A DNA stretch of 64,000 bases from Octopus sinensis (taxonomy: Eukaryota): the NCBI RefSeq assembly GCF_006345805.1, contig NC_043003.1:55180001-55244000 (forward strand), in the 5' to 3' direction. The translations under genes were made by a program, and so were the position numbers. The stretch's first letter is position 1, and each line of letters starts with the position of its first letter. The notes beneath the pieces are model-generated. The model saw only the letters and a list, made by a program, of their open reading frames with translations. It searched no databases and was not told where the DNA came from. Of the stretch, positions 38,687-53,144 are shown in pieces.

Positions 38687-39349
38687 GCACACGAAGTGGC
38701 GAAGATGGAAGTAATTGCTTGTAGATCTGTTTTTAACATGTTTCTGCGCTTTAATACCGTGTGTGAGCGTGTGTATGCGCTTGTATGTTTGTGTGCTTTT
38801 GAGCGTGTGTCTGTGCTCACGCATATATGTGTAACATAGTTGACCAAAGTAGTATGGAAACCCTATGCCTTCACCTGATTCTAAACAGTTGTCACTTGTC
38901 AGGAGACATTTCCATAAAGTTATGTATATATACCAGAAAACCTTGCGGTGACAGGCAGAGATACGACCATTTGTCAGATAAACGTATCATGTATCGAATA
39001 TAAAAATCATGCCATCATCAATTGAAAATAACGATGGTTAACAAGATAAGTTAAGCTTTATCTGATCGAATGAAGGGTTATCTGCGCGGCAGTTCAATTT
39101 GTTAGAAATAGCAGACAACCCCCATTTAAATCATGGTTTCATCTCTTTCGCCTTAAGTAAAAGAAATACATTCCTGATATTGTCGACTTAGATACATTAT
39201 GCCTAAATATATGATGTAGTGGCTAGAACATAAATTTAACAGTTGTTCTTTTATTTTCCATATGACTAACTTAACAGTGATTTCCTAAAAGTAATGAAAA
39301 TATCGAGCGACATGATTGAGAATAATGTTTTCAAATTTTAGCATAGACA

Positions 39350-39540
39350 GCAAGTCGATGGGAGGGAGGAGCTAGTCGCTTATGTCGACCCAATTGCTCA
39401 ACTGATACTTATTTTATAGACTCTGAAAGGATGAAAGGAAAGTTGACTTCGGCGGAATTTGAATTCAAATCTTGAAGACGGACGGAATGCCTATAGGCAT
39501 TTTTACCGGGATATTAACAATTCTGCCAGCTCAGCCCCTT
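39350..39540 (-). mobile_element. SINE family B copy
   Basis: Reverse complement reads GGGGCTGAGCTGGCAGAATTGTTA..GAATTCAAATTCCGCCGAAGTCAACTTTCCTTTCATCCTTTCAGAGTC. Confidence 0.8.
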
Positions 39541-42454
39541 AATGGGTGAGAATATGATAAAGAAATGTTTTACCTACAAACAATCTTCGCTCTGAAATCT
39601 CCAATCTCCAATTTTGACCGGCAGAATTTTCTCCAGAAGTGCTGGTTTAGCATAGAGAACATTTCCAGAGCTGATTTGAATCTAAACAATAACAATAAAA
39701 ACAGGTTTTACACTTGTGTGTATGCTGGAAATTGAAAAGAAAATGTCCCTTACCATAATTGAATGGATAAGAATCGAAGAATCTTGATTTTGAGCCTGCG
39801 TGTACTGTCATTGTCAAATCCCCAAAATGTACTAAAAGGCAATTCCATATGACGGCTACAGTCGACATTTCAATGCTTCCATCGAGAACCTTAAGTAAGA
39901 AATTCAATTTCCGCATGATGTTGAAGTTTACGTATAAACAAATTGTAGTTATGAAACCCCAGCATGCAACACTTAATTTCCTTACTGGGAATGGAGCGAC
40001 TTCCAATTCACAATTTTCGTTAATCTACTTACTTGGCAGATCTATCTTCTGCATCTTAAACATTAAACATTTATTAAGTACAACCTAATCAATTCTGTGA
40101 ATAGACCCAAGTAAGCACATTACCATAGAGTAGGCAAAATTTTCCTACATAACACATGCAACCTGTTCGTTGTATCTTCGTATCTAGAGAAATTTCATTG
40201 CTAGTTAGGTGTGATATAGTCTGACAAAAGAAACTAGAATAAACTTCTCTTTCAAAAATATATGGCCAAGATTATAAGCAATATTTATTTATTTTATAAG
40301 CTTTCCGATATAAAAAAAACAACTCTAATCTAATTCAAAATATACACATTGATATCGGTTGTTTTCCAACGGAATTACTATTTTTTTAAGGTAAAAGCTT
40401 CTAGAGTAGTGGTAAATGTTTCGACAAAATTTATCGTATATGGTTCTCATAATTTATCACTTATTCTTATAATACGAATCATGATAAAATTACTATTCAA
40501 AATGACGTTACAATGATAACAAAGGTTTTGTTGTAATTGTTGTTGTCGTTGATATTGTTGTTGCCGTTGCTACTGTAGTAGCTCGTAGTTCTTCCTGACT
40601 AACGCTAAATAAATTTAGATGGATTGGACTTGTGAGGATATGCAGTAAAATTGTGAGCAGAACAAACCGTATTTTTAATGGATATCTAGATCTACATTAA
40701 CTAATGTGTCAGCCTCTATTCTTACTATATTAGAAAGTGATTTGAGGGAAATATGAATGCTATTTCTAGCATGTGTAGCGACCACTAAGAACATATTTGA
40801 CAATTATTCCATCCACTGAGTGTTTCTGCCTATTTACACCTTTTAATATGTGTTCATGAATTCAAACCAATAAGATTACTGCATTGTGTATTCAACCGAT
40901 CACAGCAACTATTCAAGAAACGAGAGCTCAAAAACGCGACGACATTTTGGTAGATGATTCTAAGGCTTAGTTTAATGTAATATTAGTATAAAGTCCTCTC
41001 AAATCCCATATTGTCGTATAACATTAAAGCGTAGAGTTATGTGGACATATTGGAATGGAGTAACTCACATGTGTACTCTCTGAAAACTGAGATGATCATT
41101 GGCTGGAATGCATTCTTCGATCTGCGCTAACCTCAAAGTTATTAACAGCGATGACATCACAGATTAAATAAATTGTTAATGAAGTAGTATCTAATGAAAA
41201 AAATCAGTGAAACAATGCGTCAAAGTGTTATGAGACAATTTCCTAGAAATAGCAGGCAGATCTCCCTCAGATAGAAATCTACACTCTTAATAATGAAAAA
41301 GTAACGTCGAAAAGAAAATTGAAAACTGAAAAGTCAATACTGGGATACAGCTGATCAGTTGTCATCTTGATAGGAATTCATACTAACCGTTTTAGAAGTT
41401 CCATTCACCCAGTTTCTGCCACTCTGGGGTACCATATTTAAGCCTTTGATTTATATTATTATATTGATACTAGCATTTGTGTCTAGTTGGCGATTACTTT
41501 ACGCTGTCTAGTTATCGAATATCTGCGTTAGCTTTTGACGAAAAGGTAATGAATAAGAAGCAATGCTGACATAGGAATAAAAAAATGTACAGGGAGACTT
41601 TCACAAACCCACACACACATACACACACAAACACACACACACACAGACACACACAAACACACGCATAGGCACGCGTGCGCCTGCACACACACACACACAA
41701 CTATGGAGATAGAGGTCAATACAAACCGAGATAATAACCTAATACTAAATTGTGGCGCAAATGTAACTGCTTAATAACACGGCTATATCTGTATCGCTTT
41801 TATTCCCTGTCGAGCACAGCGGAAATCTTTATTTTTGAGGTCAGGTGAGGCACAGCGTGTCATAAACATTCATTTATCCGTCATTCATTTTTCCTACCAA
41901 TTCTGCGCTCCTGTCCTTCAGCTGTCACGAAAAATGGTTTACTTACCTAACCCGTGGACAAATTAATACAAGGAGTATAAAAAAGAGAACGAGAGGAATT
42001 ATGCGAAGAGGAAAAACTAGAAAAATATTAATTAATGAATGACATTATAATAATTTTCGGTAAGGGAGACAACTCAATATTATGTATTACTCAAGTAATG
42101 ATACAATTCATTGTATTTTCCGAAATAACATATATCAGAAACGCACCGTCTGATGAAACGCACCGTCTGTACGTCGTGTATATATAATGCATGCATATAA
42201 ATACATACATACACACAAATACACACATGCACACACGCACACACACACATACATATATGCACACACGTACGGACGAATACACTGTGGAGGATTGAAGAAG
42301 CTCCTATACGTCCATTGTACAATAGCTGAATGCTCAAACGAGACGTTGCTGAAGTATGTGATCAAGTATTGAAAGACCTTTCAGTGCTTCAAATCATTTA
42401 AGCTTCTCAGGCTAGGAAAGTGCAAGATTATAGGTAGAAGCTGTGGTCAATTTC

Positions 42455-42700
42455 TTCAGGGAGCCAACAGCCACCTTATACGCACATAACTAATAATAAT
42501 AAAAAGGGAAACCAAGAAAAATTCAAGGAAAGGACAACCACGCGGATACGTGGCACATATAAAGCATTAATAAGACGCAGAGAGAAGGAAAGAAAGAATG
42601 GTTGTTTTAGGTTTCGAACCAGGCTCTTCGCAAACGAGAGACAGGGAATCCAAAAGAAAAGGAGCAAGGGGATGGGGGAAATCCCCAACGGTCCACGTGT
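42455..42700 (-). mobile_element. Probable LINE 3' UTR remnant (L1/Tx1-like)
   Basis: Pyrimidine-rich complex segment on the minus strand ending in T/ATT-rich sequence. No ORF; family assignment by resemblance only. Confidence 0.35.
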
Positions 42701-42928
42701 AGTTACATTTTGGGAATCTGTTTTTCTTGGTGCAGTTTTTTTCTGCGTTTTTGTCTTTTATTAAATGTTTACCGGACGCTCACGCGAACCCCAATCCTTC
42801 CGACTGGCTTTTGAGTACCTAATTCGAGGAATTTTTCTACAATCGGATTAAATCACCTCATTCATTCGCAGTACGCCATTTCTGCACCTTATATAAATGG
42901 ACATATATGAGTTAGCTTTACACACACA

Positions 42929-43016
<88 letters not shown>

Positions 43017-43425
43017 ACACACACACAAACACACACACATACAAATATTATTGTCGAGTCGTGGCTAGGGATCGCTATCGAATCAAACCTGGTTGTGCTT
43101 CTTTGCGAAGTTAACTTCTTTAACACAAGTCCACTTCTTTTCTTCTTATGGCATAGCCCCGTCTATATCGATATCTGCATCGATATGGCCTACAACATTA
43201 TAATATGATTAAACGAAAAGAAAATAATGTATATGAAATTTCCCGGAGAGTGTCACCATAGAAATGCTGTGTCTATACAAACGATTGCCATATCCGAGCA
43301 AAAGAGCACATAACCATGTGGTGGCCTCATAATCAGCTAGAAATAGCTGCCAATTCTCTTTGGAACTGCAGAAAATATCCAATAATATAAATGTAAATGA
43401 ATTACGATATTTATGCATTATTATC

Positions 43426-43469
<44 letters not shown>

Positions 43470-43503
43470 ACATATATATATACATATAAACACCCAACAC
43501 AAC

Positions 43504-43541
<38 letters not shown>

Positions 43542-43879
43542 ATAGAGGGCATTATTACACATAAATGCCTCACACTAGAGGACTAAGTCATTACTACTAC
43601 CAAAAATTATACTAATCATACCAAATGCAGTTTTTCAAAGCAGACATTTAAAAATGAATTATGTTCTTATGACACCGTGATTTCACATACAACTTGCGTC
43701 TAATGATCGTCAGCAGAACTGATTCTGAATACATCATAATAAAACCACCAACCTTATGTAGCGAAGAGCGAACAGACACTGCTCACTCCGGCCAAGCACA
43801 TGGAATGTTTATAATCATATATCCGGTAAATGGCGGGCTTTTTACGAACTGCATGTCGGGTAATGAAAAGTATTTCGGA

Positions 43880-44168
43880 ATAAGTTTAACAATTAAGGAT
43901 AATCTCTTAATAAGGGATCTTAACAAGAAATTATCGGGTAGCTGAGCGTGAAAACCTCATAAAGAAAAGAATCCGAAAATATTTTTTTTCCTTTTGAACA
44001 ATTAATTATATCTATATTGTATAGAATCTATACAATATAGATATAATTAATTTGTTCAAAAGAAAAAATTATTTTCGGATTCTTTTCTTTTATGAGGTTT
44101 TCACGCTAGCTACCCTAATTTCTTGTTAAGATCCCTTATTAAGAGATTATCCTTATTGTTAAACTTAT
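43880..44168. repeat. Fold-back palindrome, arms about 143 bp, 1-nt centre at 44026
   Basis: ...TTGTATAGA-A-TCTATACAA...; the arms differ almost only by indels, and the right arm ends in (TA)n. Confidence 0.9.
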
Positions 44169-44226
44169 ATATAGATCTATATATATATATATAACACACA
44201 TATATATAACATATATATATACCACT

Positions 44227-44273
<47 letters not shown>

Positions 44274-44306
44274 GATATATAAATAATATATATATGTATA
44301 TATTAT

Positions 44307-44390
<84 letters not shown>

Positions 44391-45461
44391 CATTGTCAAG
44401 CTATTGCGCCGACTGTAATTCTTTGTGAACACCATTCGGCCGGGGCTGAACTTGAGTTCAAAAAAGTTTTCTACGCCAAAAAATTATAGGGAGGTCAAGA
44501 AACAAAAAAAAAATTAAAAATAAATAAAAAAAAAACAGAAAAAAAAATGAAAGAATGCATCTGGAACTGTCTAAGAGGTGATTGCCCAAGAGAAACTAAA
44601 TCGAGAAATCAGGATAAATATTTACTGCTGATGAAATCATGCAGCTATTTCTGGTCTGTTTACTCCAACATACTCTGCTTGATCTAACGACTTAACATTT
44701 CTAGGCCAAAATGAGACCACTTAACACAAGCAAAAGGTCCTTGCCCTGTCAAAGAAAGCATCTAACTTCTTCCTTTACTTATTGCAAAAACCACTTAGGC
44801 ATGCAAACACACACAAACATGTAAGATAGTGTATGCTTGTGTGTGTGAGAACGCGTTTTCAGATATTAATGTGTTGGCATATAAAATACATTAATGCAGT
44901 TATATGTGTTTGCGTAATTATGACAACACAAAGAAGCATCTGCATGTAAATAGATGCACGTAACCTATTGTTCATATACATACAGCTATAAACACAAGCG
45001 CACGCGAGCGCACGAACTCACACGCAAACATACATACACACACACGCGGGCGCGCGCGCATACACAATCTCACATCAGACACGAGCATAAGTTCACGTGT
45101 GTGTCAGTTTCAATGGGTCTGTCTCTTTCTCTCTTTCTCCTTCTCTCTCTCTCTCTCTTTCCTTCTCTCTCGAAGTATACTGACATCATGCATACATACA
45201 CAGACATATGTATGTATACATGTGTACCCATGATGTAGGTATATACATGTGTGTGTATGCGTTATATATATGTATATATATACATATAAATACACATATA
45301 TATATATATATATATACATATATATACATATATGTATATATATATATTCATATATATACATATATGTGTATATCTGTGTATATACATATATATATGTACG
45401 TATTTATATATATATATATATACATATTTTATATATATATATATGTATACATATTATATAT

Positions 45462-45494
<33 letters not shown>

Positions 45495-46378
45495 ATATAT
45501 ATATATGTATATATGTATATATATATATATATATTGTAAGCTGGTTGACAGGAATGTGAGAGAGCGTACGTAAATGTTATGTGTGCGTGTACATGTGTGA
45601 ACATGCGTGTACATGTGTGAACAAACAGGTTTGTGTTTGCATAAAGTGATTCTTTCGAGTCTTTTGAGTCTTTCAGTAATAGGCAGTGACATTTAAACCT
45701 GAAGATAAATCTGCCATTTTGTGACCCTTGATGGCAGATTTAATAAGACATCAAGTCTTTAGCATTAAACAACTACTTTGCTATAGAAGAAAAACATGTC
45801 GATCGACCTTGCATTAAATGGCGTTTGGCTTAAACCTCGTTTCTGACGCTATTGCGTTCATTGATGGTTTTACATGTATATGTGTAAGTACGCGATGTTA
45901 TTTATTGTAAGGATCACACTCTATCGAGCATATGACATTTGTGTCATGTTAAGCTTAAAATATAGAATAAAGTAGCAGGAAGAGGAGCAATTGCTGTTGA
46001 AGTAGTGCTACTACCTCAGTGGATGTTTGTCTGCCTAGTAAAATGCATCTACTCTTTGGCGCATATTTGTGTATGTGTACATATATGCTTATCCATTGAA
46101 TCACACGTGCATTGCAATTATGAATATTTATTTTATATAGCAATTGTGTTTAACAGCATTTTGTCTACATCTTTGCAATGGACAAATTAGAGTCACATTG
46201 CATTTCTGACGGAGAAAGAGATATGCGACGATTTCGGATTTCGGAGTAGAACAAATATGATAAAAGTTATTGATTTTTACGTTCTTCTGTTGTTGTTTTT
46301 TCTTTCATAATATTAATTTTATTTGCCGATATCTAACGTCATATATACGAATATACATGCGTGCATGTATACATGTAT

Positions 46379-46409
<31 letters not shown>

Positions 46410-47013
46410 CACATATATATATACACATATATATATATGTATACATACACACACACTCATATATATATATACACATATACATATATATGTATATATATGT
46501 GTGTACTTGTGCGTTGGTTTGGATATGCGGCTGCCTTCCAAATGATTTCAGCCGCCTGTTAATTCACGCTCACAAAGTAGTTTGCCAATGCACCATGCAC
46601 CGATATTCTGTTGTTGCTATGCAAAGCCCTTAACCACACTGTCATATTTTCATCCACATGTTGTTTTTAGAAGAAACATTGTTCTGTAATTGGAATTTGG
46701 ATAAGAACATTAACGGAAGGTTACATGACTGTGTGAGTATGGCAGGACATCAAGTCATGGTCTGATCGACACAGTAAGCATTAGATAACACACGAGCGTC
46801 GATCTAATACACGAGAAAGAATACTCGAACTTGACCCTGGTATGACCCGAGCATGTGTGAGTTTGTTTCTTTTTGTCGTTTTCTTTGTCTCTCTTTCTCT
46901 CGTACTCTCCCGCAGTATAATTACAACACGCATCCATACATCACTGTCCGAAGTGTCAAAACCAATAATTCAATAAAATACAGTTTTTTAATTGAATTTT
47001 CTTTATCAGTTGT

Positions 47014-47165
47014 GTGAAGGCGGATAGCCTCATTGTTAGGTCATTCGGCTCACGTTCATAAGGTCGTGAGTTCGATACCTGGCGGCGCGTTGAGTCATTG
47101 TGCAGGACACTTTATTTCACGCTACTGCAATCCACTCAGCTAGCAAAACGAGCTGTACCTGTAAT
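47014..47165 (+). mobile_element. SINE family D 5' fragment
   Basis: GTGAAGGCGGATAGCCTCATTGTTAGG..GTGAGTTCGATACC..GACACTTTATTTCAC. Confidence 0.75.
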
Positions 47166-47768
47166 TATATATAAATATATAATACACATATAAAAGTAAT
47201 ACATATATAAATGAAACAAAAAGGCATTGGAGGTTGCGATGCATAATCTGTGATTGCAAATTATAGTGTGGCTTACAAAGTGTTGCTTACCCATGCTTCT
47301 TAATAGAACTGAATATTTTTTTAAGTATCACCGTTATAGGCATTTATACTCCAGTGAACTTAAGAAATGAACTCATAAATAAACAAAACCCTTGAATCCA
47401 TCAATGCTCACACACACAACACATGCACACACACACACACTTATACACAGTCGCATATCTATGTATGCATTTATGTATGTCTGTACGCATACGTGTTCAC
47501 TCGCATACATACGCCATGATCTATACACACGTATACGTGGGCTGATTCATATGAAAAAGAAAGTCATAAAAATAATAATGTATGTACAGTATGTGCGCAA
47601 ACGTGTCTACGCGCAAGGTTATACCATGTTTTATACACGCGCAGGCGAAGCTCGATTCATATGAGAAAGAAAGTGAATAGAATAATATGACCACTTGCAT
47701 AATGGGGAATTTTTGAAATTTCAATTATTTTTTATTTATTTATTTAAAAAAAAAAATCAGACCAAATA

Positions 47769-47824
47769 CGGGCATATGGCGTAGTAGCTAAGGGCGTAGG
47801 CTACTAACCCTAGCAGAGACCTGA

Positions 47825-47885
<61 letters not shown>

Positions 47886-48040
47886 TAATAATAACATCGG
47901 AAAATACCTCAGGAATGAGAACCCAGGTTCGAAATTTCCCGAAGACGCCTGAAGAAGGCTGGAAGGTATATCAGCCGAAACGTTGTGTTAACAACAAACA
48001 AGATGAGGACAAATATCCATCAAATGTAAATAATGTAAAT
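47769..48040 (+). mobile_element. TSD-flanked tRNA-headed SINE with internal (AAT)n and a hammerhead motif
   Basis: Direct repeat AATCAGACCAAATA at 47755-47768 and 48041-48054. Head GGGCATATGGCGTAGTAGCTAAG..GGCTACTAACCC; tail ATGTAAATAATGTAAAT. Confidence 0.75.
47944..47989 (+). ncRNA. Minimal type-I hammerhead ribozyme motif
   Basis: Stem I GACGC/GTGTT (two GU pairs); CTGAAGA core plus an extra A; stem II GGCTG/CAGCC; GAAA; loopless palindromic stem III AACGTT; GUU triplet. Confidence 0.65.
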
Positions 48041-49114
48041 AATCAGACCAAATATTTGTCATTTCGAGCCACTCACCCAATGTGTAATTCTGCTAAATTT
48101 GGTGAAAATCCGTTCGGCCAATTTCCAGTAATTTTGCAAAAATACAAACAGTCAAACTGTTGTGTGGACGCCCTCAGACGATGAAGTAGACTAGCCAGTA
48201 CGTAGATAAAGAGGGAGAAGTCTAGATATAGAGAGTAGTAGTAGTCGGAGTCGAGTTGAGTAGAAGGCATCCGAACGTGCGACACAACACAAACAGAGAA
48301 AGACCAGTGTTTGCAACGCCTTGCTTTTGCTTACGCGCGTAGAGTAATTAACACAAATATAATTTTCATTTATCAACTCTGAGTCTATATTTTTGCAAGT
48401 GAATCTGGTGTCTCACATGAACATTCCCTTTCTCCAATACTATGTATACTTAACCGGTATCTTTTAAAAATAATCTGCCTGAATATTGTTTCACAAATTT
48501 ATGTAGAAAGAAAAATACCTCTGAAAAACCAAGGGAATTTATGTGAGCTTATCGGGTATACCATCCATAAAATATGGAATCCGAATTCACATTCCACTGT
48601 GGTTTTCAGGAATAGGTATTCTGGTAAATCTTTACCGATGTCAAAGTAAGTAGCTGCAAATAATAAGTGAACCGAAACCGTTTTAAATGGTCTGGAACAT
48701 ATTTCCATACTGTACACAAAGTCATAAGCACGTGCATATATATAGTGAGATGTGAATATAACCTTTGAATCTGAAACTACATAGAAAACTTGTGGAAGAA
48801 AGTATGATACGCGAAATAAATATATAAATATATATGTAGGAATACGTATATGAATGTGTGTATATGCACATCACAAACGCTCTTTTACACACACATAGAT
48901 ACATAAAGATATGTATATATATTTATACATATCTATCTCTATATGTGTGTGTATGTGTGTCTGTCTGTATGTATATATTTACATGCATACACATAAATAT
49001 ATATATGCCTGAGTATATGTATCATATGTATATAAACGCACATACACAAACACAAATTCGTACCACACAAACACACGCACGTGTGTACACACACACTCAC
49101 ACACACACATACAT

Positions 49115-49168
<54 letters not shown>

Positions 49169-49832
49169 GGTTAAATCAATCAATCGATAGATAAACAGAT
49201 AGCGATATAAATAAATTGTTAGATGGATAAGAATCTCTTAATAAATTGCGTTTTATTGCAAAAGAAAAAAAGAAAAAATACATACATATAATAAAATCGA
49301 AGTCAAGTATTCGCATTTGACTTTATCCCAATGTCTCCAAAAATATGCTACAAAAGAATGATTTTTAATAAATGTCAGCCCAGCACAATGAAATTTCGAT
49401 ATACCAAAAGTTGGCAATTATAGGATATCTTGCTGTGAAAGGGAACATATATATTTTTCACAGGTCAAATAACAACAAAAACAGAAAACATTCGTTATTG
49501 TCTAAGAGCATCAGCATGAGAAAAAGTAATGAATTTTTTGAAAATCCATATTTGAATTCACATGTTTCCTAGAGTATAATTCTAGGTATTTCTTCAGTTC
49601 AAAATTAGCAATCAACAGGTGCCGGGATGTATTGGGAAATTTCTATGGAATTATTGATCTATCTAACACCTTTATTTTTATGAATAACGATTGGTTCAAC
49701 ATAAATGGTAAATTTTGAAATTTACTGAAAACTATTTCTATATTTGCACATATACACAAGTATGCATATATATATATAACATACACAAATAGAGACGAAA
49801 GCATAAATCTATATAGTTATGTATATGTGTGA

Positions 49833-49888
<56 letters not shown>

Positions 49889-50174
49889 GTCAGTAAAATC
49901 TGCTCTAAAATATCGAACAATACGGGATTATTGAGGAATATTATTGTTTGCGTTGTTGTAGGTGTATGTATGTTTTTGTGTGTGTGCATGCTTGTGCGCA
50001 CGCATGTGTTCGTGGGAGCGTGTTGCGAGCTTGTGGGAGTAAACGGTTGAATGTAAAGAATACACTGTCAAGAAGAATTTAAAATATGCTCTACTGATCA
50101 TCAACATATATTTACGAAAGCTGAAACCTCGATTTGTTGATTCTCTGGTAGATGGAAAGAGAACGAAGCCCATC

Positions 50175-50210
<36 letters not shown>

Positions 50211-50220
50211 TTATTTATGT

Positions 50221-50252
<32 letters not shown>

Positions 50253-51628
50253 TGTGTGTGTTATTCCCCGTCTCCTCTTGCTTGTCCCCCATGACCTCAT
50301 GACTACTTGCTTCGTTTCTTTTCTTGAAACGGCCTACGTTGTGAGAAGTATGTGAAGGACCGGTCGGACTATCATTTTCTTACGTATTGTTGTGAAAGAA
50401 AGTGGTAGAAGAAAATCTGGTACATGATGATGATGTTGCATTTGCATCTTTCTTCCATTTGCTTTTGTTAATGCTTTATGAGGAGAAAGACAATTAACCA
50501 TGACAGTTTCCTGGTCCTTCAGCGATGATTGGAGGGAGAGGCACCTTTATCTAAAAACCGGTTATCTGACACAAATTAATTACAGCACAACAAACAACAG
50601 TAAACTCACCTATGCTATGTATAATATCCGCTACTCAAGAGAGCAAGAACGGACTCTGTGATGGGCTTCCACATGCTTTCTGATTATCACAGATCAAATC
50701 ATGTCCATAATGTCTACAGTCTTGCATTTTTTATCAAAGTGAATGATTAATATCCTAAATTATATAGTTGCGAATCTAACCTCTTAATCAAACAGAAAAG
50801 CTAAATTATGAATTAACTGCTTAATATTTAAGAGCGGCAGAGTTTTGATGACATCAACCTTATAGCATGATCATTAAGTATTGAGTAGTTAATTTGTAAA
50901 CAGGATTTCATAAACTACTTCGATTTTGCCTTTGGTTTGCAAGTGGATTTATTATAAAAGAGAATACAGAGAATTTACAGTAAATATAGAATAAGGCCCA
51001 ATATACTGTACGGAAACGTAAACAGTACAAACTGGAACATATGATCACGAGGAAAGAATTCGTTACGCATGATATTAATTGCTGTTTGATAGTAATAGTT
51101 GGTTAGTTCTAAAACGCCCAGGTTGATCATCAATGGACAGAGGCGTTTCGGATATGGATATTTTGTCTTCTTATCTCCAAACTTAGTCTACCATGGGGAA
51201 CATTATCCAGGGTATGCCAATTTAAAACGGTAGATTAATTTCTAATGCAGATTTGACTTCTAGAAGTTCAGACAACCAAATGAAATTTCGTGTGTCAGGC
51301 AATTACCCTCATTCCCCTTAACTCATAACACGTCGCTCATGAAAATGTCGAAACACACCTTACATTATGTAGCCTTGCACATAGACTACAAATGTGACGG
51401 TCATAGCTGGAACAGCTTTTGTTTTATGTTACCTAGAGCAGTGTTGCACAGTCTCACATGCACGTATGCGTGTATCATTGTATCATAGTGAAAAAGATAT
51501 ATATGTATATATGTTTATGTGTCGATATATATATATATATACTATAATATATATATATGTCTCTCTCACTATATATATAATATATATATATGTATATATA
51601 TATACATATATATATTTTTATATATATG

Positions 51629-51661
<33 letters not shown>

Positions 51662-51713
51662 CACATATATATATATATATAAGATATATATATATATATA
51701 TATATATATGTCG

Positions 51714-51763
<50 letters not shown>

Positions 51764-52929
51764 CATGCGTGTATTTGTTCGATCGTGTATGTGTATGTGT
51801 AGGTATATATGCCAACGTGAGTACTAAGCTAGCATAGCAGACAGAAAAGGCAGAGTAGGGTAGCTGTGTTATATATATATACATATATATATATATCTAT
51901 ATATATAGATATATATATATTTATACTACATATATATGTACGTATGTGTATTCATGCCTAGTCTCACCATCTTTTGCTTCCTTTCTCTGTCTGTCTCTTT
52001 CGTTTTATCTCCCCCACCATCTCCCGCCCAGCCGTCCATCTATGCTCTTCTGTATCTTTTATATTTTTTCCATCACAATAACACCACAGCCTGCTCTACC
52101 GTTACTATTGACACACACCGTCCACTAACGACATCAAAGTACCTATTATTCTTGAAACGAACCCAATAAGCAAAAATCACACAAACAAATACAAAAAAAC
52201 CTAAACATACGTATCTCTTAACCATGACAGATATTAACACGCATAAACACAAACATACACGCACACACACGCACACACATGCGTACACACGCATGTAACC
52301 TTTGTACCTAAGACATCTGTATATTCATTGGTCTTGCCCCACACATCACAGTCCCTTTGTTGTTGTTGTTGTTGTTATTGCTGCTGTTATTGTTATTGTT
52401 CTTATTGTTGTTCTTCTTATTGTTATTATTATTGTTAGCCGGGCTTGTGTCCGTCGTTATTAATCACACATCAGTCATCGGTGACGGCCATGAATCTATT
52501 GTCTAAATTATTCTTCAATAATTCTACAATCCACAACCGAGTCTGAAGTCCCTACAGCAACAAGAATAATAATAATAACGCCACCCCTCACTACCACCAA
52601 TAACACCAACGACACCAACAATAACACATAAACACACAACTCTGCAAATGGGATTTTGTAACTCTTTCATTTGTTATATTGTTTTCCTTTCTAATTCTTT
52701 CTCTTCTTTTTGCCTATTTATTTTTTGAAACAATTTGTCCTGAATTCTTTGTTGTTTTTCTCACCGTTTCGACGCGTCCGTTGATTGGTTACTTCGCATG
52801 AGATGACGAGGCTTTCATTGAATTAATATTCTTGATGTCAATGTTATATCTCCTGTTGGATTTTTTGTTTTGTTTTGTTTGTTCTATACATCGTATTGTT
52901 TTTGTTTTATTGTAGCGCTTTGGTTTTTG

Positions 52930-53111
52930 CGTTTCACCGCCAAACCACAAAGTAAACTTCATCATCAATACCATCTTTATCATCGTCATCATCATTATCG
53001 TTGTCGTCGTCGTCGTCTCCACCATTATGATGATCGCCACCACCATCACAACCACCACTAGCACCACCACCGCCATCAATATCACCACCACCACCACCAC
53101 CACCATTACCT

Positions 53112-53144
<33 letters not shown>

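Noticed and set aside
45706-45742. 12-bp perfect hairpin TAAATCTGCCAT/ATGGCAGATTTA
   Set aside because: Too short for a pre-miRNA or MITE; no other support.
47769-47815. tRNA gene (likewise other SINE heads such as 13880-13920)
   Set aside because: No complete cloverleaf: T-arm or acceptor stem missing. These are SINE heads.
48073-48717. Minus-strand exon candidates (VWKYVPDHLKRF..., FDCLYFCKITGNWP...)
   Set aside because: Splice-like motifs are present, but they need a 39-nt intron or weak acceptors, and no recognisable protein results.
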